A program made the position numbers and the translations under genes. From IMG/VR virus record IMGVR_UViG_3300035232_000453: a stretch of DNA of 64,000 bases; one strand, given 5' to 3'. The notes beneath the pieces were generated by a model. That model did not search any database, was not told where the DNA came from, and worked only from the letters and a program-made list of their open reading frames with translations. Shown piece after piece: positions 1 through 7,669 of the stretch. This DNA is from a virus. Position 1 is the first letter of the stretch, and each line of letters begins with the position of its first letter.

Positions 1-14
1 GTGTTTATACTTAT

Positions 15-43
15 AGTATACAGTAAGATGTCTTACTTGTCAA
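15..43 (-). promoter_or_regulatory. sigma70-type early promoter with palindromic spacer (copy 1; gene lies outside window)
   Basis: TTGACA(43-38)-17 nt-TATACT(20-15); spacer holds AGTAAGA-TG-TCTTACT (22-37). Confidence 0.85.
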
Positions 44-51
44 CCTTTTTT

Positions 52-471
52 TTAAAGTCCTACAAATGCGTTATAAACATATGGCTTGTTCCACTTACCA
101 ACATTAATGCTAGTATAATGTGAACGATGGAAGTAATCAGTCATTGCATCATCATTACAAAAGTAGTTTGGACCTTTCATAGCATCCACTAGCTCTACTA
201 AAAAGTCAGCACCATCACCGTATGTTTCTGGGTAGTATTCATTAACTTGAATATAACCATCGCTTTCTACAAATGGCACACCACGTTGACGACAAGTTTC
301 CATATTCTTTTTATTCTGTTCACCAACAAAGTCAATAGCACCTTCTTTGATGTTTACACAAAGTGTTGAATGATTGTTAACGCTAATTGATGCTTTAACA
401 CGGTGCTTTTTTAGTACTGCCTTAATAGCTGGTGTAAGTGCTTTTTTCATTTCTTGTGATACATATGCCAT
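52..471 (-). CDS. conserved early phage protein (DAMTDYF motif, LPD29-like)
   Basis: 139 aa, AAGGA RBS, directly behind an early promoter; family call from motif memory. Confidence 0.6.
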   Translation of the reverse strand: MAYVSQEMKKALTPAIKAVLKKHRVKASISVNNHSTLCVNIKEGAIDFVGEQNKKNMETCRQRGVPFVESDGYIQVNEYYPETYGDGADFLVELVDAMKGPNYFCNDDAMTDYFHRSHYTSINVGKWNKPYVYNAFVGL

Positions 472-503
472 CTAGTTCATTCCTTTATTGTTTATATACT
501 TAT

Positions 504-532
504 AGTATACAGTAAGATGTCTTGGTTGTCAA
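504..532 (-). promoter_or_regulatory. sigma70-type early promoter with palindromic spacer (copy 2)
   Basis: TTGACA(532-527)-17 nt-TATACT(509-504); spacer AGTAAGATGTCTTGGT. Confidence 0.85.
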
Positions 533-546
533 CCTTTTTAGTCAAG

Positions 547-571
547 AAAAAACCCTTGTAATACAAGGGTT
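547..571 (-). terminator. intrinsic terminator fused to the early promoter cassette
   Basis: minus strand AACCCTTGTA-T-TACAAGGGTT followed by T run; near copy at 59366-59390. Confidence 0.7.
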
Positions 572-596
572 TGTAAGTTTTTTTAAGTTTTTTTTA

Positions 597-983
597 TTAA
601 TCCCAATGCATTTTGTTATTTTTTTGATGCAAATAGTCTTCTTTTACACGAAACATTTCTTCTAAGGATATTCTAAAACTATACCTATTGAAATTAATTC
701 CAACAAACTGTGCAGGAACACATTCTGGTCTAGGTCCAAATCTACTGTAATACCACCAAATTTTGCCATCGCCTATTGTTTCTATATTACCTTGTATCCC
801 ATCATCGATATTCCAATTTTCTATAATAAATTCAAAATCTTTTTGTTTAAATTCTCTGTTAATAACTACGTAATCTGTTATTTTAAAAGATACCTTTACA
901 CGTTCTTTGTCCTTAAACAAATAGAGTTTAATTGGATCTGTAAATAACACTACATGATTATCATCTTTTATCGTGGGCATCAA
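597..983 (-). CDS. hypothetical protein
   Basis: 128 aa, GGAG RBS, 4-nt overlap with upstream gene. Confidence 0.65.
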   Translation of the reverse strand: MMPTIKDDNHVVLFTDPIKLYLFKDKERVKVSFKITDYVVINREFKQKDFEFIIENWNIDDGIQGNIETIGDGKIWWYYSRFGPRPECVPAQFVGINFNRYSFRISLEEMFRVKEDYLHQKNNKMHWD

Positions 984-1492
984 TTGTCTCCTTGATGATT
1001 TTTAAAGTCTTCATAATATTGATGTATCCAGTTTTGGTCTGGTTTATCAATTCCAATAGTATTCCATAATGTGTCTAATCCATCTAATGTAGTCCATTGG
1101 TCTTGAGCTAACAAAACATCACCTGGGCTATCCCATTCAATTTCACCGCCGTCAATTTCTGTTCGAATCATCATTACAGGTAAGTTTCTACTCCACTTCC
1201 AAATGTCTTCATAATTTTGTGCATGTAATAAAACTGATATACTTTTATCTTTAATTAAATTTAATAACCCATTAAATTGTTCTTCAGATATTTCTATAGC
1301 ATTTCTTATGTTATTATCATACCAGTTTTTATCTTCTTCTGATATGTTCCAACAATTATCGTGCAGACAACTATTTTCCCAATGTTCTCCTGCTTGGCTT
1401 TCACCGTGTAGCATTGGACTATTATTAAGCAAATATGGAATCTCTACTTGATTTATATTCTGTCCACTGCATATTAAATATAATGTGTTCAT
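980..1492 (-). CDS. hypothetical protein
   Basis: 170 aa, ATGA-coupled. Confidence 0.65.
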   Translation of the reverse strand: MNTLYLICSGQNINQVEIPYLLNNSPMLHGESQAGEHWENSCLHDNCWNISEEDKNWYDNNIRNAIEISEEQFNGLLNLIKDKSISVLLHAQNYEDIWKWSRNLPVMMIRTEIDGGEIEWDSPGDVLLAQDQWTTLDGLDTLWNTIGIDKPDQNWIHQYYEDFKNHQGDN

Positions 1493-1746
1493 TTTATTCC
1501 TTTTATTATTTTTCTTTTTTCAATTGCGTCTTTAAGATCTACTAGATACTCACCTTCTATCATGTTTATAATAGTTTCTGTTACACCTATTTCATGTTGT
1601 AACATTCCCAATCTAAGCATCATTTTCTCAAGTTCTCCTTGGTAAAATTCTAACTCTTTTTGTTTGCGTTCTTTTTCATCGTATAAATCGCTAATATTAA
1701 TAATGAATTTTTTATCTCCACTATTGTGTCCAAATAAGCCTGACAT
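1489..1746 (-). CDS. hypothetical coiled-coil protein
   Basis: 85 aa, AAGGAG RBS. Confidence 0.7.
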   Translation of the reverse strand: MSGLFGHNSGDKKFIINISDLYDEKERKQKELEFYQGELEKMMLRLGMLQHEIGVTETIINMIEGEYLVDLKDAIEKRKIIKGIK

Positions 1747-1844
1747 TCAAAACTCCTTTTAGTATTACATAAAAAATAGGTCCGCTGACACTGTCCTATG
1801 GTAAAACTCTCAACATTTTACCGGGCCAAAGTATTTTTTACTTA

Positions 1845-2540
1845 CTAGTATTTAGCAGTAAAAATACTATAGCCTATTTTATAATCTATGCCATGCGATA
1901 TAAAGTCTACCGCTGAATGTAATTTTCCCATATCAAATGTAATAGCATCACCTGGTTGCCATCTTACAATAGACTCAACTGTTAATCCATGCAATGCGTC
2001 ATATGGCACATGAGTTAGATATTCATTATAAATTTGTTTGTTAAATGGGTTATCTGTGTATCCAACAATGTCACTATAATCAGTTAGAATTTTATTATAA
2101 TATGTTTCTGGCACACTTTTATATCCTCTAAAACACTTAACTGGTCCGTCTAAATAGTACTGATCAAATACTACAAAATTAGTTGGCTTTGAAATTTCTA
2201 GTGGTATTACTACTGTTTTAAATATGTCATATACCTTTTCGTGATAATCATCATTGTGAATAATATGAGGTCTCTCTACACGAAATATATTACTACCCCA
2301 TACTAGATTTTCACCAATTAGATTATCAACAAATTTTTGCACAGGTTCAAACCATTCCTGTGGTTCATTTCTATCTGGACTATAGTTCATTACTACAGGT
2401 CCTGTATTCTTTTCTATATGTTTTGCATTATGAAATTGATTAAGTAAGTAATCAATAAAACCTTGATTTACAATATTTTTATGTACTGTTGCACTTTCGT
2501 ACCTATCGGTTATTGCTTTCTTTTGTGCGTCTGTTCTCAC
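1845..2540 (-). CDS. putative cupin/2OG-Fe(II) oxygenase-like protein
   Basis: HND (HxD) plus distal LHSA His; WQPGDAITFD strand pattern. Confidence 0.55.
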   Translation of the reverse strand: MRTDAQKKAITDRYESATVHKNIVNQGFIDYLLNQFHNAKHIEKNTGPVVMNYSPDRNEPQEWFEPVQKFVDNLIGENLVWGSNIFRVERPHIIHNDDYHEKVYDIFKTVVIPLEISKPTNFVVFDQYYLDGPVKCFRGYKSVPETYYNKILTDYSDIVGYTDNPFNKQIYNEYLTHVPYDALHGLTVESIVRWQPGDAITFDMGKLHSAVDFISHGIDYKIGYSIFTAKY

Positions 2541-3319
2541 CCTACAAATGCTCTTTCTACTACATACTCACCGGGTGTTTTACTATCACCTTCTGTAAAT
2601 CCTTCGCCTTTTAAGTATTCAATTAATTCTGCATTCATTGGCATTGATCCACATATCATTACTCTATCATGTAAAGGTGATAAGTCAGCTAGTCCTAGTT
2701 TCTTCTGAACATCACCATTATACATTGCAGTTGTTACACGGCCTGTATTTTCATAATCTTCACGTGTGCAAGTAAAGTATGTTCTAAGTTTACCTTCTGT
2801 GACTTGACTGTATATTTCATCTTCATTTAAATTATCTATAAGGTCTTTAAATGCTAATTCTTTTTCTATTCTCGTACCCCATACTACAATGACATTATCG
2901 TAGTGTTCGTACGTATCTACGCCGCGTACAATACTCATAAAAGGGGCGATTCCTGTTCCGGTAGCTAGTAGGTACAGATTGCGTCCAGGCTTTAAATTTG
3001 CGTGTACTAGGGTGCCTACGGCCTTTGGATTAATTAGTATTTCATCGCCTACTTTAACATGCTGTAGTTTACTTGTAAGCGGACCGTCTTGTACTTTAAT
3101 GCTATAAAATTCTAATGTTTCCTGATGGTTTGGACTTGCTACTGAATAAGCTCTCATTATAGGTTTATTCTTTTGTAGTTTTTCTGACCAGTGGTCTAGT
3201 CCAATCATCATAAACTCACCATCTCTAAACCTTACACTACTATCGCGAGTAGTTGTAATATGAAATAATGTGTCTGTGTAATGTGTTACTGATAATACTG
3301 TTTCTTTATGTGCTGCCAT
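2537..3319 (-). CDS. fpr: ferredoxin(flavodoxin)-NADP+ reductase, bacterial type
   Basis: RAYSVAS, GPLTSKL, ATGTGIAPF, MICGS, VERAF motifs. Confidence 0.93.
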   Translation of the reverse strand: MAAHKETVLSVTHYTDTLFHITTTRDSSVRFRDGEFMMIGLDHWSEKLQKNKPIMRAYSVASPNHQETLEFYSIKVQDGPLTSKLQHVKVGDEILINPKAVGTLVHANLKPGRNLYLLATGTGIAPFMSIVRGVDTYEHYDNVIVVWGTRIEKELAFKDLIDNLNEDEIYSQVTEGKLRTYFTCTREDYENTGRVTTAMYNGDVQKKLGLADLSPLHDRVMICGSMPMNAELIEYLKGEGFTEGDSKTPGEYVVERAFVG

Positions 3320-3333
3320 TTATTCTCTCAATT

Positions 3334-3408
3334 TGGTATTCGGTAGGGGAATTGAACCCCTCTTGCCAGGTTGAAAACCTGGAGTCCTAACCGATAGACG
3401 AACCGAAC
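3334..3408 (-). tRNA. tRNA-Glu(TTC)
   Basis: cloverleaf; anticodon arm CCAGG-TT TTC AA-CCTGG; GTTCAA T loop; encoded CCA. Confidence 0.95.
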
Positions 3409-3417
3409 ATGAAGTAC

Positions 3418-3446
3418 ATTATAGACGAATTTTTAATATTTGTCAA
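3418..3446 (-). promoter_or_regulatory. consensus sigma70 promoter for tRNA-Glu/fpr
   Basis: TTGACA-17 nt-TATAAT. Confidence 0.8.
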
Positions 3447-3835
3447 CTCTTACATGCATTGCAATTTTCAATACATACTAACGGAGGGTTGTCACTTTCC
3501 CATCCTTCTACACTTGTGTACTTATTATAAATTTCTAAATTTATTATATCTTCTAATGTGTGATGTTCTAGATTATTAAATTCTGGATCTTCTTTTAATA
3601 ACTTAGACATTACTGGGTCATCAAACAATGCCCTTGACTCAGTATTTAGCAAATCATTTTTAATTTCTTCTTCTGATGGCTCTTCAAATTCATGCCATTC
3701 TTTCATATGTCTTTTATCATATGCATTACTAAAAAAACAACAAGGCCAAACTCTGCCATCCGATGCTACTTCCCACATTCTGTCACCTGTATCTGGACAT
3801 ATGCAATTAGAAGAATCTATATTATATTTGCTCAT
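3443..3835 (-). CDS. stand-alone SPASM/twitch-like Fe-S domain protein
   Basis: CxC...DGRVWPCC...CxxxCxxC pattern; coupled to radical SAM gene. Confidence 0.7.
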   Translation of the reverse strand: MSKYNIDSSNCICPDTGDRMWEVASDGRVWPCCFFSNAYDKRHMKEWHEFEEPSEEEIKNDLLNTESRALFDDPVMSKLLKEDPEFNNLEHHTLEDIINLEIYNKYTSVEGWESDNPPLVCIENCNACKS

Positions 3836-4530
3836 AATAATTTATCTGCTTTTAGTTTAGATTGCTTTGTTATCAACCCATGTGGTCTATTATTATATCG
3901 AATAAATGTTTTAACGTTTATCTCATTTGCTATTTTACGCATTGTTGGTATTTGTTGCCAATTCCATTCAAATATTATAAAATTCCATATTGCGTAGCCA
4001 CCTGCTTTTGAAAATGCTGACATGTTATCCATTGCTTTCTGCCAATTGACTCCTTCTCTATATTTCCAATTAGTTTCATGCGTTGTTCCATCAATTGCAA
4101 AATTAATTTCTAACTCTCTTTTGTACTTATTTCCGATATGTGTATACCATTCTTTATTTCGAAGGGCACCATTTGTTGATATAATAACTTTCTTTGTAAA
4201 TTCAAATGCAGTAGATATAAAGTCATCAATTTGAGGATGCATCATTGGATCACCAAACTCTCCGCAGAACTCAATGCTACTAAATTGTAAGTTAGGCGAT
4301 GCAGCTAGTGTTTGCTTAAATATATTCAAATCCATATGTTTTAGGTCTAGCCAGGATTCTTTATCTCCAGTATATTCATTGGTTCTAGCACAACTACGAC
4401 ATCGTGCTTGACAATAAGTTGTTAATGCAAAATCAATTTTATGTTTAGCACCAAGATTCTTTTTTGTCACCGTAATACTCTCTTGCAAATCCATTTTCAA
4501 TAAGCATATGTCGTAAACTTTTGCCATCAA
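3832..4530 (-). CDS. radical SAM protein (core only; start uncertain, overlaps nuclease gene)
   Basis: CQARCRSC (CxxxCxxC), GEFGDP, STNG, FAIDG motifs. Confidence 0.85.
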   Translation of the reverse strand: MMAKVYDICLLKMDLQESITVTKKNLGAKHKIDFALTTYCQARCRSCARTNEYTGDKESWLDLKHMDLNIFKQTLAASPNLQFSSIEFCGEFGDPMMHPQIDDFISTAFEFTKKVIISTNGALRNKEWYTHIGNKYKRELEINFAIDGTTHETNWKYREGVNWQKAMDNMSAFSKAGGYAIWNFIIFEWNWQQIPTMRKIANEINVKTFIRYNNRPHGLITKQSKLKADKLL

Positions 4531-4903
4531 TAATGATATCGCCTAATACTCGGCCGCCGAACTTATCCCATTTATAAATTGCTACTTGAAGCGTTGTTGC
4601 TCCGTTCAACTGATCTTTAGTAAACTGTGATGCTTGTTCGCCCCATGCAGCCTCGGACTCGCATTCTGCTCTCCAGCTCTTTTCGGGAGTGTCTACTCCA
4701 TAAACACGAATACTTAATTCCTGTTTAAGTGGCTCTGGCAAAAAGTCTGCTCTAAAGGCTACAGTATCTCCATCAATGACTCTAGTTATTTCAAAGTCGT
4801 AAACGACCATATCAACTTCTTTGGCTGATGTTGTATTTGCAAACAAGAATCCTAACATTAGCATTCCTATTACTACTAAACCTCTACCTATATTTCTATT
4901 CAT
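4445..4903 (-). CDS. thermonuclease (SNase-like) with N-terminal signal/TM segment
   Basis: RVIDGDT, IRVYGVDTPE, DKFGGRVL, GFAREY motifs. Confidence 0.9.
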   Translation of the reverse strand: MNRNIGRGLVVIGMLMLGFLFANTTSAKEVDMVVYDFEITRVIDGDTVAFRADFLPEPLKQELSIRVYGVDTPEKSWRAECESEAAWGEQASQFTKDQLNGATTLQVAIYKWDKFGGRVLGDIIIDGKSLRHMLIENGFAREYYGDKKESWC

Positions 4904-4922
4904 AATTTAATTTCCTTAAATT

Positions 4923-4998
4923 TGGCTCCCCAAGCTGGGCTCGAACCAACGACAACCTGATTAACAGTCAGGTGCTCTACCAACTGAGCTATTGAGGA
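4923..4998 (-). tRNA. tRNA-Asn(GTT)
   Basis: 76 nt cloverleaf; CCTGA-CT GTT AA-TCAGG; CCA end. Confidence 0.95.
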
Positions 4999-5016
4999 TT
5001 ATTTTGTATATACTTG

Positions 5017-5024
5017 TATTTATA
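5017..5024 (-). promoter_or_regulatory. T4-type late promoter TATAAATA upstream of tRNA-Asn
   Basis: exact T4 late consensus. Confidence 0.6.
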
Positions 5025-5901
5025 AGTACTTGTTAAAGGTACTAGCATATAATTCTTTTTTACGCTTATATAACTTATCATAATCAATAAGAAATTTTTT
5101 CAATCTAAAAGACGGCATTATTTCTAAATAATCTAATATTACTGAAGGATGATCAAACCAATCATCAGTAACAACTATATGACTTTTTTCTGAGTTTGCA
5201 TATGTAAATAGTGTATCAGTAAAATCTTCTTGTTGTTGTCTTTTTGTCTCAAATAATCTAGCATGATCCTCGGCGTCGATTAGTGTAATACTATCCATGC
5301 CTTTTTCTAATGCATCTGCTAAATCATGATGTGCAAAATTTAATTGCCACATATATTTCAATGTACCATTCTGAAATGCTTGATTGAATTGTTCACTATA
5401 TTTTTCATTCCACACTTCATGCCAATTTTCAATATTATGTTCGCTAGCCCAAAGTTGTGTTTGGTCAGTAATGTCTTTTGTTGTTTCTATCCATGCAAAT
5501 GCATACTGACTTATATAAAAAAATAACTGCTCCTCTGCACTATTATCAACTAGTATTGTTTTATCTGCTTTAATAGTATTATCTAAGTTTGCTAAATTAC
5601 TAGTATAATTACTCCAAAGAAAATAATCAAACTGTGATTTTATTGTCTCATCAAATACTGATATAGGATCTACTATACCTTTTTGAGAATTATCTAGCAA
5701 TGCAATAGATTCTTTATGTAATGAATGAAGCGGTGCTTTTTCATCTTCAATTGCAATAGCACCAATATGGTGTCCATTTGGCCTACAATAGCCTGTGTTG
5801 AACGCATATAAGTCTTTTGGACCTATATTAAGTTCTTGCGAAAGCCACCAGTGTATTGCTGGTGCACTTCCTGTATCATGTTGGTAAATGGATATGTCCA
5901 T
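5020..5901 (-). CDS. hypothetical protein
   Basis: 293 aa ORF between tRNAs, AGGA RBS. Confidence 0.7.
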   Translation of the reverse strand: MDISIYQHDTGSAPAIHWWLSQELNIGPKDLYAFNTGYCRPNGHHIGAIAIEDEKAPLHSLHKESIALLDNSQKGIVDPISVFDETIKSQFDYFLWSNYTSNLANLDNTIKADKTILVDNSAEEQLFFYISQYAFAWIETTKDITDQTQLWASEHNIENWHEVWNEKYSEQFNQAFQNGTLKYMWQLNFAHHDLADALEKGMDSITLIDAEDHARLFETKRQQQEDFTDTLFTYANSEKSHIVVTDDWFDHPSVILDYLEIMPSFRLKKFLIDYDKLYKRKKELYASTFNKYL

Positions 5902-5917
5902 AAGTTATCCTATAGTT

Positions 5918-5993
5918 TGGTGGAGGTAAGCGGGATCGAACCGCTGACCTTCTGGTTGCAAACCAGACGCTCTCCCATCTGAGCTATACCCCC
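5918..5993 (-). tRNA. tRNA-Ala(TGC)
   Basis: 76 nt; TCTGG-TT TGC AA-CCAGA; G3:U70 identity pair; CCA end. Confidence 0.95.
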
Positions 5994-6199
5994 TATTTGA
6001 AATACTTAGCAAGCATTTCTTTGCGATCATGTGCTGATGCCATTTTATCAAGTTCACCTTGAATAGCTTCCATTACATCACTGTGTTCGCCTATTCCTGC
6101 GGGATTAGTTAAATATATTTCAACATTCATTTTGTGTAATTGAATTTCACCGTCTGCATGTTGTATAGCTGTTTTTAACATCTCATCTCTAAGTTTCAT
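5993..6199 (-). CDS. small conserved T4-like phage hypothetical protein (NPAGIGEH motif)
   Basis: 68 aa; stop codon overlaps first base of tRNA-Ala. Confidence 0.75.
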   Translation of the reverse strand: MKLRDEMLKTAIQHADGEIQLHKMNVEIYLTNPAGIGEHSDVMEAIQGELDKMASAHDRKEMLAKYFK

Positions 6200-6282
6200 T
6201 TATATATCTTTCTTTTTTATTCTGTCTATTTGTATTTCCGATTACAACTTGTTACAGTTGGGCGTCCTGTGCCTCTCTCTCG

Positions 6283-6290
6283 TATTTATA
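6283..6290 (-). promoter_or_regulatory. late promoter TATAAATA
   Basis: exact consensus, intergenic. Confidence 0.65.
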
Positions 6291-6303
6291 TTCTCTTTTT
6301 ATA

Positions 6304-6379
6304 TGGTGCCGGTAGAATGATTCGAACACTCGACCTACTGATTACAAATCAGTTGCTCTACCAACTGAGCTATACCGGC
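6304..6379 (-). tRNA. tRNA-Thr(TGT)
   Basis: 76 nt; ACTGA-TT TGT AA-TCAGT; CCA end. Confidence 0.95.
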
Positions 6380-6403
6380 ATAATTTAACTACTCTTTTAT
6401 TTA

Positions 6404-6565
6404 TCAGTTAGCAATCTCTTCGTGTACTTGGATTACTTTATCAAAGATATCGTGTCCTAAAATTCCTTCATCTATGGGAGGGTCCAAATCTAAGTGTTCT
6501 TCAAAGGCTAGATCTTTCATATACGATTTAAAGATTGCATCTTTATCGTAGTAATCGTGTCCCAT
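6404..6565 (-). CDS. small acidic hypothetical protein, 53 aa (not in ORF track)
   Basis: MGHDYYDKDAIFKSYMKDLAFEEHLDLDPPIDEGILGHDIFDKVIQVHEEIAN; TAATG coupling to upstream gene; fills the gap. Confidence 0.65.
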   Translation of the reverse strand: MGHDYYDKDAIFKSYMKDLAFEEHLDLDPPIDEGILGHDIFDKVIQVHEEIAN

Positions 6566-6846
6566 TATTGTAGTTCTGGAAACATTTGCTTTATATAGTT
6601 TCTTACGATAACATTAGTATCATTGTCTACAGATTCAATTGAAATAGATTTAATACCTTTTTCTTTAACTTCATTTTTCGCTAATTGTAATAATTCACGT
6701 TTATTAAGTCTTTGTATCTGTGTTAAATTAACTGCATTGCTCGTAAGAGCACTTAGTATATAATTGCCAACATCGAGTTCACTCATTGGAACTTCAATCT
6801 TAGCTTTAATGCGTTTTATTCCATCCTTGTATTCTGTTGCTCTCAT
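6565..6846 (-). CDS. hypothetical protein
   Basis: 93 aa, behind sigma70 promoter at 6908-6936. Confidence 0.7.
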   Translation of the reverse strand: MRATEYKDGIKRIKAKIEVPMSELDVGNYILSALTSNAVNLTQIQRLNKRELLQLAKNEVKEKGIKSISIESVDNDTNVIVRNYIKQMFPELQ

Positions 6847-6907
6847 TTTTTTACCATGTTAATATATTTAATTGTTTTATAATAAGGTTTTACGCTTATT
6901 AAGTACT

Positions 6908-6936
6908 ACTATACTAGTAAGATAAGGTTTTGTCAA
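6908..6936 (-). promoter_or_regulatory. sigma70-type promoter with one palindrome half-site
   Basis: TTGACA-17 nt-TATAGT; spacer contains AGTAAGAT on + strand. Confidence 0.6.
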
Positions 6937-7669
6937 CCGAAATGTCTTGTTTTCTACCAAAATAGTACATATTATAGTAAACATCTATTGCAATCATGTC
7001 GTTTGTTGCAAACCAGTCATTATGTACACATGTTGGGCCTTTTACATGTAATTCACCGTCTACTATCTTCCAATCACAGTAATAATTGTTACCTAATATA
7101 GTAAAATCACTAGGTGGAGTTCTATGTATAAGATACTCTGATTGTTCTTGTACTTTTTGTATTGATTCCATACTATCAAACACTGCATTAATAGTAATAG
7201 GTCCTATTTCGCTCATACCCCAATTAGGTTGCACAATAGCACCCTTGCTTACAAATGCTTCAATCATTTCCCATGTCACACGATCACTTCCACCTAAAAT
7301 ACGTTTACCAGTAAGATCACAATCAGCAAATCCTTTGGTATTCATTAATGCATACATCTGTGCTGGTGCTAAAAATGTATGTGTATAATTTGCAAAATCT
7401 TTTAAAAAAGTAAATGCATTAAATTGTTGTACTTTAAATTCTGCACCAATACTGTATGCAGGTAATGTTTGTGTTAATAATCCTCCTGCATGTGTCATAC
7501 GTGTAACTGTAAGTATCTTTGATTTTTTGGAAATATCCTGGGCATCCAATGCCACTTCAACACATGCTTTTAGATTGTCTGGTGTTCTGTGTACTACCTT
7601 GGCAGGGCCTGTAGTTCCACTAGAGCTTATTTCAACTCCATGTGTAAGCATATGTTTGTAGTCTGTCAT
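6914..7669 (-). CDS. minimal AMP-binding (ANL/acyl-CoA synthetase-like) enzyme
   Basis: SSGTTGPAK P-loop, WGMSE, WFATND, FGRK motifs; only 251 aa. Confidence 0.8.
   Translation of the reverse strand: MTDYKHMLTHGVEISSSGTTGPAKVVHRTPDNLKACVEVALDAQDISKKSKILTVTRMTHAGGLLTQTLPAYSIGAEFKVQQFNAFTFLKDFANYTHTFLAPAQMYALMNTKGFADCDLTGKRILGGSDRVTWEMIEAFVSKGAIVQPNWGMSEIGPITINAVFDSMESIQKVQEQSEYLIHRTPPSDFTILGNNYYCDWKIVDGELHVKGPTCVHNDWFATNDMIAIDVYYNMYYFGRKQDISVDKTLSY

Noticed and set aside
980-5901. Sulfotransferase-like call for 980-1492 and 5020-5901
   Set aside because: The resemblance is only vague and there is no recognisable PAPS-binding motif, so both stay hypothetical
3334-6379. tRNA as a prophage att site
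   Set aside because: No integrase or duplicated tRNA 3' end is visible
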